Of a stretch of 64,000 nt of DNA, positions 1-25,363 are shown piece after piece. The position numbers and the translations under genes are program-made. The stretch is from positions 825,675 to 889,674 of the forward strand of contig NW_019217799.1 in NCBI RefSeq assembly GCF_002571385.2, given 5' to 3'. Source of the stretch: Stylophora pistillata (taxonomy: Eukaryota). The notes below the pieces were generated by a model, which worked only from the letters and a program-made list of their open reading frames with translations, had not been told where the DNA came from and did not search any database. How positions within the stretch are numbered: the stretch's first letter is position 1; each line of letters begins with the position of its first letter.

Positions 1-195
1 ACTCTCACAGTGCCTCCCTTCACCCAGGTGTATAAATGGGTACCAGCAATTTAATGCTGGGGTAACCCTGCGATGGACTGGAATCTCATCCAGGGGGGAG
101 TAGAAATACTCCTAGTCGCTTCATGCTACAGAAACCGGAGTTAAGCACCGGCCTAATGGGCCACTAGTCTCATAAACAGACTTTACCTACCTACC
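1..195 (+). mobile_element. 3' part of a tRNA-derived SINE-like repeat (intronic in IMPDH)
   Basis: CACCCAGGTGTATAAATGGGTACC...GGGGGGAGTAGAAATACTCCTAGTCGCTTCATGCTACAGAAACCGG...(ACCT)n tail. Related decayed copies lie at about 38285-38480, 41660-41920 and 48170-48330. Recognised from memory as a common cnidarian SINE; not searched. Confidence 0.6.
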
Positions 196-362
196 TTGTC
201 TGATATCAGGCAGATGGAAGACATTAATGGTACATACAAGTAGACTATTGTCCTATCAAAAGGTTTATTTTTAGCCTCTTTGAGGTGGTGTCACCTTTGG
301 ATGCTGTCTCCAGTTCAGTTTGGTTATTCTACAGTCTGTAAATTCTTTCCCATATGGTGTAG

Positions 363-1359
363 AGCTATGATGTACTCTGGTGAGCTCAAATTTGAAAAGA
401 GATCAACATCAGCCCAGATAGAAGGAGGAGTTCATGGACTTCATTCGTAAGAATATACATTATTAACAGTCTTTTTTTTTTTGTTTTTTTGGCAAAATTC
501 CTAAACTTTTCTTTTTGTTGGTTCAGCTCTACCGGGTTTTATGTCTGATGAACAGCCGTATGTCCTTTTCAGTGCTCATCTTAAAGTGCCCATAATATCA
601 GAAAATGTTTTTTGCTCATCAAATTCTACGTTTCACCAAATGAACTTTGGTGAAAAAATTTTTCGATTTGGATAAAATGCAATTTTTTTACGAATTTTTA
701 CAAAATTCAAAATTCTATTTTCTTGGGGTTGACCCCTGCTGCTGATCACAAGAGTAACATGCTCAAACTGACCATGTGACTGATGTCTGTGACGTAGGTT
801 CAGGAACCTCACTTGACCTTAAGTTTAAAACCAGTGTTGTCACAAAGAGCTGCAAAGCACTTTTCTGGCATTTTAAACTAAATGGAGACCACTCTGAAGC
901 AAATTCCCACTTGTTTTCAAGTCAGATAAGTCACAACCCAAAATCACGTGTTCCTGAACCTATGTCATGACTCACTTTAAACCGAGGAAGACTGGTGTGA
1001 AAGGTGGACCAAAATGGCGGTAAATTTGAATGTCTTTAAAAAATTATAAAAAAATTGCGTTGAAGCCTCTAATTGATTGGCCCATTCTTCTCCACATTGT
1101 TATCTTTACTTTTCCTATGGTAATAACATGTGAATTTTTCTGACAAGCCAGAGCTTCTGGACTAGAATTGGGGAGCATTTCCTTTATTCTAATGACCTTT
1201 ATATTTGATTCAAGTGTTAAACTGTGAGTGGCTGGTAGGGTATTAAGGTTAAACCTACTTGTTCAATCAAATTTTGTTAGTCTACCAGTGATCATATCAT
1301 ATCAGATCAACACCTTTTTATACTGTTCACTTTTTAGGTTTGAGAAGAGACTCTTTTGA
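363..1359 (+). CDS. IMPDH: Inosine-5'-monophosphate dehydrogenase, last two coding exons (gene starts left of the window)
   Basis: Exon 363-446 (AG/GT, 84 nt) plus exon 1338-1359 translate to [28 protein letters not shown]|FEKRLF*, the characteristic animal IMPDH C-terminus. Confidence 0.93.
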
Positions 1360-2033
1360 ACCACAAGACTTGAAAGCCAAACACACAAAGATCATTTAAT
1401 GAACCTGTACAACAATCCTCAAATAATGCCAACTAGAGATATGTAAATAGCACAAAGAAGAAAATTATTTAATTATGTTAAAGTAAGTGATCATAGTTCG
1501 TTATCATGTGCCTGATGTTTATTTTGAGAGAATTAATTTACAATATTTGATACATTGATGTACCCATCTCTTTTGTTTTGTTTTTGGCTTTTGAAAAGCT
1601 CAGTAAAATACTGCCCAATTTTCAAAGAAATCAAAAGTTATACAAGTAAACAAACCAATGTGATCAGGACTCAGACATATTTATATTTTTTACGAATAGT
1701 GTTATTCCATTCTTTGAAATTCAACATGACATTCTACAAGACAACAAAGTGTCTCTAGTTTATTCCCTGGAGACTTGTGCTAAGGTCTTCTGTTTAAACT
1801 AAATTTTGAAAATCAAACTAGGTGTATCAGGTAAGGAATAGTGGACCAGAAAGACTGGATTTGGTAAAGTAGATACCTATTTTGTTCACTGATAGTAAAC
1901 ACAGAAGGCTTGGAATTGTAAATACTGAAACATGTATATCGGCTCTTATTGGACAGGCTATGGTGCTTTTTAGGTTTGAAAAAGTAGTTTTCCATACCAT
2001 AAACTATCTTATTGCACCACTGCAGCAGATTCT

Positions 2034-2226
2034 TTAACCCCTAACTGCCAGAAGTGATTAACATGTATCCCTATTTTATTTAGCAAACAGGTATTGTGAA
2101 CACTCAAACAGGTAGAAGTTATTATGATCTCAAACTCAAAACTCCAAACTCTCATAAAGTTATGAAGGAGTGTGTAGCTGCAAAAAGGAGGAATTAGCAA
2201 TCAGATCTTGGGAATTGAAGGGTTAC
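2034..2226. mobile_element. MITE of the TTAACCC...GGGTTAA family (decayed)
   Basis: Ends TTTAACCCCTAACT and GGAATTGAAGGGTTA. The internal sequence is the reverse complement of copies at about 12277-12421, 32248-32458, 39873-40367 and 43529-43718. Confidence 0.5.
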
Positions 2227-2407
2227 AAGCTGGTCTTGGCTGGTGTTTTATCAATCCTTGTTTTCGTCCTTGAGAGATTAATTTTTTTTAACTGCAATAG
2301 TCGCTGATGCAGTCACCCCTCTCAGTTTGCTACTTGTATGATATAACTACAATTAGAGTCAATAGAATGAAAATATACTTTTTCACCAATCTCATCATTG
2401 CTCAAGT

Positions 2408-2412
<5 letters not shown>

Positions 2413-2469
<57 letters not shown>
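2413..2469. repeat. (GA)n microsatellite
   Basis: Perfect AG dinucleotide run of about 28 units. Confidence 0.97.
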
Positions 2470-2471
<2 letters not shown>

Positions 2472-5400
2472 CTCTACCCATTGACAAGAGTTATTTTTCA
2501 TAAAAGCAAAATCTGAAATGATTGGCTGGACCCCCACTCCCTCTCTTATCCCTCCGCCTAGTTCCCAGGGCTTTGCAACATTAGCGGTAGAGAGACATTA
2601 TCCTTTACTGGCTCGAAATGTCTCGTCGTTATATTTTCAGCTTGTCTGATACATTATTGAATTTACTCGTGCTCTGTTATTGGTTAGGTAACTTGTAGAT
2701 TGTTGATAAAGAATAGTTATAAATTTATTTCTTGGATTATTGAAGCTGTTAGATCACTGTCGCCGCCAAATTTATCAAATAGTTAAAGGTTTTTAACTTG
2801 AAACCTTTATTTTATCGTACTTGATTACCTTAATATGCTACTTAAACGTCTTGCGAGCCAAACTATATTCTTAATGATGTATACTGATGTTGCTAATCAC
2901 TGTAGAGGAATATTTTCTTGTCTTGTCTAACATTCTTATTCCACATGTCTTGTTCCTTGCGATGGTCAACAGGTGTTATTTTCGTTTAAATGATTAATAA
3001 AACTACGAAAATTGATCAAATGAAGTACAATTGTTGCAATTTGCGCTTATTTCCTCTCTCATTTGGTGGTTATTTTAACAATGCCATTTTGCAAGCAACA
3101 GCACTCCGTACCCCATCAAATGGCGTGAAACAACACGCTTCACGAACAGCTACGGCTTTCGTTAACGTAACTATATGTGGTATTTCTTGGGCGCGCTTCC
3201 TCCTTCCGTCTTTCCATTTGATGTCCCTTTGACCTCGAAAAGAGAACCCCCTCGGGCTTGTTATTCTGCGGCCGATTACTGACAATCAGGATTCTAATCT
3301 GAATTTGATGTTATTGTACTATGCCGTAGAGGTAGTAATTTAACACTGGTCTCTCCTGTTTCCAAAACAAACCTCCGGCGGTCGCAGATAACAAAAAGAG
3401 TTGGCAATCTCTGTTCATAATTGTTTGCCATTAATTGTTCATAGTTATTGCACTTCGGCATTAGGTTTCATAAGGCGGTCTCCCCTCTCGAAATACGTGG
3501 ATAAGGAGCTGCTTGGTCGTTACAAGATGCCAAAGGTCGAGCAGTCTCCGGGAAAATTTTCTCCCAGATTATCAGTTCTGGCGTATTCTTCAAGCATGAG
3601 CCTGTTAACAGCTCTACAACTGACCCTTAAAAAGATTCTGTTGGTTCTAGCCTACCACCATCTCTATTCTAAGGAATCTAGGAAATATTGCCACGAAAAT
3701 TCAACAGCTCGCGTTTAATGGGTTACGGGGAATAAATAAAGACATTGTAAATTACATATATGAATGTTATTTTACTACTTTTATTTATTTATTTTTAACA
3801 CTACAGTCAATTAACCGTACATTATTTTGCTAGGTATTACATCTTTTCTTACTTGCCATAAATTCACAAGTTTGTTATTATTATTAAGTTTTTTAGATAC
3901 ACTTTAGTTTGAAGGTCCACATCAGCTTTTTAGCTCCCTTTTGTCGACCTACGTGACAAATAAAGTAGGTATGTTCTCAGTCTCACTGCTCGTTTAAAAC
4001 CAAGACCGTTTAGTACCCCTCCCCTCCCAATTGCCCCGTAAACACCTCCGAGCCCACCTTCGCTACCAATCCTAAGGAGGGTCGTCTCCATGCATGCATC
4101 CCCCGTTATTCTACGTTCTCGCATTTCCATCAAAGCTTTTTCGATCTTCATTAGCAAAAACAAGATGTTTACGAGAGGAAAATAATGCTCTGGGGAGAAC
4201 CTTCGCAGAAATGTGGGGGGGGGGTGGTGCGGCGATTGAATTATGAAGAACAAAGCATGAATGATGCAGATGACCCGGAAATAATTTTTCTCTGAAATCG
4301 CAAGTTTATATTTGTAGCTGACACGACCTTGAAAGGCTCCAACAAGGGGGCGGCATGAACAACAACAACAACAACGCAGTCTTTAAAATCATCCTTTTAA
4401 TAATAGTCTTTCCTAGAATCATTCAAGATCCCTATTATACAGATAAGATCCTCTTGAATTATCACAGCAACTGGTAAATAACAATAATCAGTTAATAATT
4501 AACTTAGTGAAATAAATCAAGGCATGACCGTGAAACATAAAAACATATCTTTTAATGAGTCCTTCACCCTACCACTGATCTTGGCGCTGTTCAGTTCGGT
4601 TATTTTTTCACTGTTTCACACCACAGTAAGCAAACTGTTGGAAGTAACTCAGCCTCCCAAAAGTTATTGCCGTTCGATAATTTCTTTCAAACGAAGAAAC
4701 CTATCCGATCTGATGTGATGCACGTTTCATTACTGTAACTGACCCATTTTTAACAAACCTTTGGCAGAAGTTCAAGTTTTTTTTAAATATTGTTTGTTCC
4801 TTTCAGCCTCCTCCATAAAAGCATTAAGTAATACATCATAGACATATTTCTTCTTTTTTTTCTTTTTTATGTCAATCAAGTCACACTGCTGACATAACAA
4901 TGCATTATTAATTACAAGCTTAACTAACATACAAAACAAAGCGTCCAGTAATTCAACTTTTTTTTCCCTTAAAGTGCCTCTGTAAAATTAAATTAGATTT
5001 ATTAACTGTTTCTTTTTACAACACTGAAATAGTTTTGAGTGACTTTTCGATTCTTTTTTTATGATCTCATGAAATACTGTCAACGGCCATGTTAGGCGTG
5101 TACGATAATTGATACTCAGTTTCTTTTTTTTACTGTTTGAGGTCACCTAATGGGGAGAGCAGAGATAAATTACTTGACATTATATAAAAACATCTGCCTC
5201 AGTCTGTACACAAAACTAATCTTCAGGACATCTTTTGTACAAATACACCATCCCTCAGACCTATAAAAAAAAAACAACAAACAAACAAAAGAAATCCGTT
5301 AGACCCCGTAACTAACCCCTCGACTCCCATAAGTGACCATAACAGAATTTCTCCTGAAGATATTGAAACAATAACAAGCAGGCAAGTGATGAGAATAAAG

Positions 5401-6081
5401 ACAACTATCAATAAGGGGATCACTAGTGGATGCAGTACCAAATTCTCAGAGCTGACATGATAGAGCTTGTTAAAAAAATAGAGAAAGATGTTTGTCTTGT
5501 CACGAGCGTGGGACAAAGAAACAGTTCTGAGTTCCTATGAGGAATCGAACCTCATAAGAATTTTATGGCAGACAGTGAGTAGAATTACTAGTCATATCTT
5601 GGAAATGAAAGGGGTAACTTGCTCTTCTTACTATGCACTCCTATGAGTGAGATCAATCAAACAAACACTGTCCTTATAAAAATGCAGGCGCTCCCATGTT
5701 ATTAATACTGGACTCAATACACATTTTTATAATTTAGTTTGTTCACGTTGCATACAAAGACGCTCAACACAAACGTTTTTGTTTTCCTCAAAAGACCCAT
5801 AAAAACAGTAACTCTAAACACAGCAACTTTGCAAAAACAGTTCACCACAGGATGAAAAAGGGTACAGAACCCAGTGGACACAAATTTGTTTCCACTTTTG
5901 ATCTACAACTTGAAAACATTGTGAAAAGGCTGCAATGGTACGTTAAAAATGTATACATATTCACGTCATGTTCCCTTTGGGGTATTCTTGACCAAACCCA
6001 CAAAGTGTGGGTACCCTGTGAGCAGAGATGAAACATATCACATAAAAAAAGCAACTTACTGTTCAAATAGTATTTAATAGT

Positions 6082-19695
<13,614 letters not shown>

Positions 19696-22600
19696 CTAGA
19701 GTTCGAAAATTTTAGCTCAAGCTTCACTCAACAAGACACGACCGTTCGTGGGAACTCTCGAAGTCCGGCAATTGCGTCAAACCACAAACAGTAGCCTTAC
19801 AATCACGTCTGAATGCTTGGGAGGATTCTCACCCAAGGAGCATGTGTTGAAATGTCTTACGACTTCGCCATGAAGGTCGTTGTCCGGTTTTCCGAATAAG
19901 TTACAGCGTTCGACTTCGCTTTTAATGCAACAACCAACCACAACCACGCCCGCACACTGAACAAACCATGCGCGACACGACCGCTGGGAACGAAATATCC
20001 CGGATTTACAGCCGAGGGCTGCAATCTGCCTGATCCCATATCGAAGCATCTCAAGTTTTCCATTACTTAGCCTTATCCATGCGCCTAGGATTCACGTTTT
20101 ATCTCAAGTTTCATTGTTTCAAAATCAATTTTAATTTTTATCTGACGAGGTTTCGTTCAAAGGACAACCGGCAATGGATTTAAATACAGCGTCGAAAAAA
20201 AGAAAACAAAAAACAAAAACAAAAAAAAAAAGAAAGGTCACGTGATCGAAATATTTGATTCACCAGGTCATCAGAAACCGACATCAGTAAGGCGCTTGTA
20301 TGTAATATTAACTTTGAAATCAAAGACAAAATAATTATACAAAACTCGCGCGATCATGTTTTCAGTGGCAAAGGTACACTAATCTCAGATAGTTATTCTT
20401 TTCAGTAAGGAAAGTATGAAATGCGGATTAGCGGCATCTTTCTGGGCCAGAGATTGATCAAAAAATGTTCAGTTTTACCACATCTATAGTCAGACGAATA
20501 CATTATGAAGTTCGAGAATGCAGGAGCTAAATCACAAGCGACAGAAGTGTACACGCTTGTGTTAAAGTAAGCCTATTTTTAAACAGTTAAGTGCCTTATG
20601 GCTTGTTTAGAGATCTCCGGTCTGATGTGAGCTATCGGGAGCCATCAACAACCTCACCACGTTTGGCAAATCAAAAGAATTATCGAAAGGCTCTCAAGTG
20701 AATTTTTAGACCATCAGATATTCCCGGCCATTAAAATGCTAAAAAAATTCTTGAACCGTAGTAGAGAAAGTGAATGGCAGTTCACATCAGATGTATGGTA
20801 ATTTTTTTAACTATTTCGCATTTCGTGCGTCATCAAATGAACCCGCAGCGTTTTAATACTTTCGAACTGGACATTTGACTGAACTGCGCATGAATTTTGC
20901 AGGTTTCATTTATAACAGTCACGAATTAAAATCTACTTCCTTTCGAAAGCGTGTTTTTAAGCCATAGAATAAACACTAAAAAGCATCTGTTTACTTAGTG
21001 AGAATTTTTACGACCTATTGATATTATAAAAACTATACATAGCTCATTGCTAATATAACCAAGTACTGGAGCTCTAAGCTTGATATCAAACTTGCAAACT
21101 TAAAGTGATGTTAAGCTAATCAATGCTAAAATGTCTTTTTCTAGAATAACGTTGGTAAAATAATGTCTAAAATTTGTAAATAATCCCGCAATTTGCTTAC
21201 TTTTGTTTTCGGACAATAAACGCGAATTCACAAAGTTTTCCTGTTGAATTGCATTCGTTTTTTAGTAAAAATTGTTTTCTCAAGGACTGGTATCTTAGAA
21301 ACACGAACATACTTTCCATTTAAGAGACACAGCCAATCAAATTATTTTATTGTTCTTTACTTGGTTCCAACATATTTCGTTCTTTGAAATAGTTTTGACT
21401 TATTAACTATGTAATTTATTGTGACAACAATTTTTGGATGAGAACAATGGGTATTTTTTGTCTGAATAAACACAATGCAAGAATATCAACATAACATTTC
21501 TGTGTCGTTTAGGTGACTAGAAAAACCCCAAATGATTTGGATATTATGCAATAGCATATTTGTTGTCAAAATCAAGCACAGCACTCCTTCACTCCTTATT
21601 TTTGACTCTCCTTTGCCTTAAATTTAGTTTAATTATCTTTGAGTTTTCACCATGCACGGAAACTTCTTGAATTAAGCGGGAGTTTTTCACAGATGAATCG
21701 AAGAGAAAATCATAAAGTATTCTGGACTTGGTCCCTGAATATGAATGAATTAATTCAGAAAAATCAACCTCCACGGTGTGAAGCTGTCCTGAGCCGTATC
21801 GATCCCTAATTGATTGAGGCTACTAGCTTATCTAAAACTCAGAAAGAAAAACTCGATCGACCGCTCAAAGGAATGTTGCGCATAAGAACTTAAATGGAAA
21901 ATTACCATTCGGAATTGCTGCGTGTTACCATGGAGACTACTCGGGGAATATAAATAAGGAAAACTGAAACTGCTAGAAATCATTACACGTCCTTCGTTTT
22001 ATTTAGATGTTTGACGAATTTTAACACGTATTTGCAGACGTAATATACATAGTTATTAGTTGGTTTTGCTTAAAAATTTGACAGTGGCCTAGCCTTTCAC
22101 TGCATGTGCTAAGGTGATTGGTTATTTCTCGCAAAAACGTGACTGACTGCAACTGGTAAATTTAACGACAGTTCGTTAACTGACCGTTATAAAAATCGTT
22201 GCTTAACCCATTGAAAACCAAAACTAACAACAAACTCCTTAATTTCAGGTTCAAAGAGCGCCATTTTCGAAGGGAATAATCCGTTTATATCATAAAGGTA
22301 CATGATAGCTTTTATGATATTAGGGAATTCCGTTTGTCTTGGAGTGGAATAGCTCAGTTAAAGCCTTACGTCACACTAAATAAAGACTAAGAACAGCTGC
22401 AACCATAGGGGACAAACCGAATCCAATTATTTAACATATTTTATTAGTTCCAGTTCAGTGAGAGCTGTACGTCTGGCGTATACCATTTTACATACTCCTA
22501 AATTCTGTTTTAATCATAGTATAAGTCAATACGCAATTTTTCTTCCGTGCACACTTCTAGTAAGAAGTATTGATTAATGGTCAAGAGGTCCGCTCATTTC

Positions 22601-23562
22601 GCTATAATATTAGAACAAGAAGAGGATAGATATCACTTGGCAATATTCAAACTTACTATTCATTTATTTTTTTCGCGTATTTTAAATACATTTGAATTTC
22701 TTTCACTTAAAAAGATTGAATTTTCTACTCGACCCCATCTTAGCTTTAAGGGAGAATATGAATTCAGAAGGGAACAGGAAGCAACAATCTTTTCAGTATA
22801 AAGATGGTTTTAATTTTCGATGATCACAAAGAATCTTTGCACTCATCAATGAAACATCTCACCTAGACTACCACGAAAGACTAAGATCTTGACGTTTTTT
22901 AATAAGAGTGATGTTGACAACGATGATTAAAATACCCAGCTCTCCTGACAGCATAGGTTAGCGGTTAATACGACTGGTACGTGCGTAATGTCGTATAAAT
23001 CAATATTTATATTTTTATTGCTGTTTGGTGTTATTTATAAAACTTAGAGTGTCATTTGCATAAATAGATGTGCAGCAGTATTTTTCATTGTGGCGGAAAT
23101 CTACTTAATACGATAAACTTCTTTAAGTCGACTGCTTCGCACATTTCCTGTATATTATGAAGCAAAATGCCAAGAATTTTAAGTATTTCCAAGAGCGCTT
23201 ATTTGTGAACTAGCTCTCCATCACTGTTATGCAACCCAGTCATGACTCACAATTAGATACTGATTTTTCCAACTGATGCGATATTTAGGATATTGACTTG
23301 GCACTGAAGGAAGGGTTACAAAATTGTTGTTGTAATGCAGAAAACATTGAAAATATTGTTTTGTCAGATAAGAAAATCTCCAACAGGAGGCACCTTTTAA
23401 ACAATTCAAGAAAACAATGAGTAAAATGTACAAATCTCATTTTCACTCCGTTACGGAGCTTATTAAGCGGTTATCAAATATCTTGATGATTTAAGTCGAC
23501 ATTTTATGTATTATGATTGATTTCTTTGAGTATGATGATATTAAAACTCCCCGTGTTGATCC

Positions 23563-23670
23563 CATGAGTGACTCATGATGACGTCAGTTGGTTCTCACAT
23601 GACACCCATACACGTCGAATTCTGATTGGTCAGTCTAGGTCTCCTGGGATGAGGCTTGTAAGGGCGGGGG
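23563..23670. promoter_or_regulatory. Cluster of Pol II cis-elements (AP-1, CRE, CCAAT, GC box)
   Basis: TGACTCA 23569-23575 inside the palindrome CATGAGT-G-ACTCATG; TGACGTCA 23579-23586; ATTGG 23625-23629; GGGCGGGGG 23662-23670. Confidence 0.4.
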
Positions 23671-25363
23671 AGACGGGAGAGGGGTTGGTCTGGTTTTATT
23701 GAAGTCCCCAGTTGCTTCAGCTAAAATCAGGCACTATTAGACAAAATGTATAAATTTAATTCGGATTTTTCGCAAAAACCTTTCACGCAATCGGTGAATT
23801 CTTGCTGTCAATTCAGTCCTTGAATGAAACAAATACGTGCATACTTTCTTGACGTAATTGGATGAACGATCACACAAAACCAAAGATAGTTTATTTGGCA
23901 CAATGATCTTTACACACGAACCGGATTTGCCTAGCTTTAGATTCATCCTTTTTAAAAATCTAATGAAAAATATTGGCGGACACAGAATTACGTGAACAAA
24001 ATAAAGAAAAAATGACCTCAAAGATAAAACCGTAATGGCTTTAGCGGTTGACATATTTTAGTGCCCCATCGCAGTGTGCGAGATAGTAACTTACTGTCGT
24101 GAACCATCACGCAAGCCGGCTACTCAACCCCGATGAAAAATTTCAGAACATCGAAACTGAAAGAAACAAAGGCGAAGGACGGTAATGTCTCAAGATCAAA
24201 ACGGGTTGATAAATTAAATTGAGCATTAGAATAATCCACTGCAAAGGTATTGATATTAAAGACAGTAATGGCGAATTGAAAGCTAAATATAGCTAAGTTC
24301 CTAACTGGCTTAGAACAATATAATGTTGGCAATGAAAAAGAAAAGATTTAGATCGAAGTAATTGTCTAGACATAAAAGCTTTGACTTGCGTTGTCAAAAG
24401 AAAAAAATTTGGCCCTGATTCAGAAGGATAGCGAACATCTTTAATAATTTCATTATTGTACTGCACGGAAAAAAGGTAATTTTGTGACAGTTTCATTCAT
24501 GAATAGGATATCCAAGAACTTAATCCATCCTGAGACAAGATTAAGCTTTTACCATACGGCAACTTAACGAAAAAAGAAAACAATTGTAGTTACAAACCAG
24601 AGACTCATTTTAATTTAGCCCGTGAACTTAGTGCTGCTTTTGAGGAAGAAATAAATCCTTATCGTTGCTAATTTCTGACAGGCCTCAGTAAATTATGGAT
24701 GACTCGCCAAGAAAGACAGTGGAAAGACAGCTACCTTTTACACTAATGATTAAAAAGGTAGGCCTGACTAATTATTTCCTCAAATAATCAGCACTAAAAG
24801 TACTTCAAATGTCACCGAAAGTGAATATATACAGCAAACAAACTGACAAGGGCAGATGTAAAATCCCTCAAAGGAAACAGTAAAATGCCACATGCAGGGA
24901 GAATGACAGCCGAACGAACGGATCATCTTGCACCACGGTAGATACAATTACCATTCGCAACTGAAAATCACGAGACACAGCTGAAAATCTTCGTAAAAAC
25001 TTTCAGGGTTTCAACAAAAATGCTGATAAATTTGCGGCGAAAAACTAAGAATTTAAAAACCAGCAGTGGTAATTTTTCATGTTCTGAATGAAAAACTAAT
25101 AACGTTTCTTTGTTGCCGTATTTCATGAAAAACAGAAACGCGACGCTAAAACCACGCGGAGAGAATTATCACAAAATTTAAGAAATCCCCTTTGGCTTCT
25201 TTTCATTGTGTTAGGTTTACAAATTGGATTGGTCACTGATGCATGACAGATTCTAAATCATGTACACGCCCCACAGCGTCCAGGCAAATATATAATAAAA
25301 CATCGTTCCTGAAAGCCTCAGACATTTTAAGATCCTCCATGACTTTTTGTTCTCTCTTGAATT

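Noticed and set aside
2307-2537. ORFs with poly-ER / poly-SL
   Set aside because: Translations of the (GA)n microsatellite.
2990-4718. Several 60-107 aa ORFs between IMPDH and GNAI
   Set aside because: No recognisable motifs or consistent exon chain; cannot be supported as genes.
19777-20063. ORFs upstream of GNAI as regulatory uORFs
   Set aside because: The TSS is unknown and there is no conservation evidence; chance ORFs are expected in a CpG-rich promoter.
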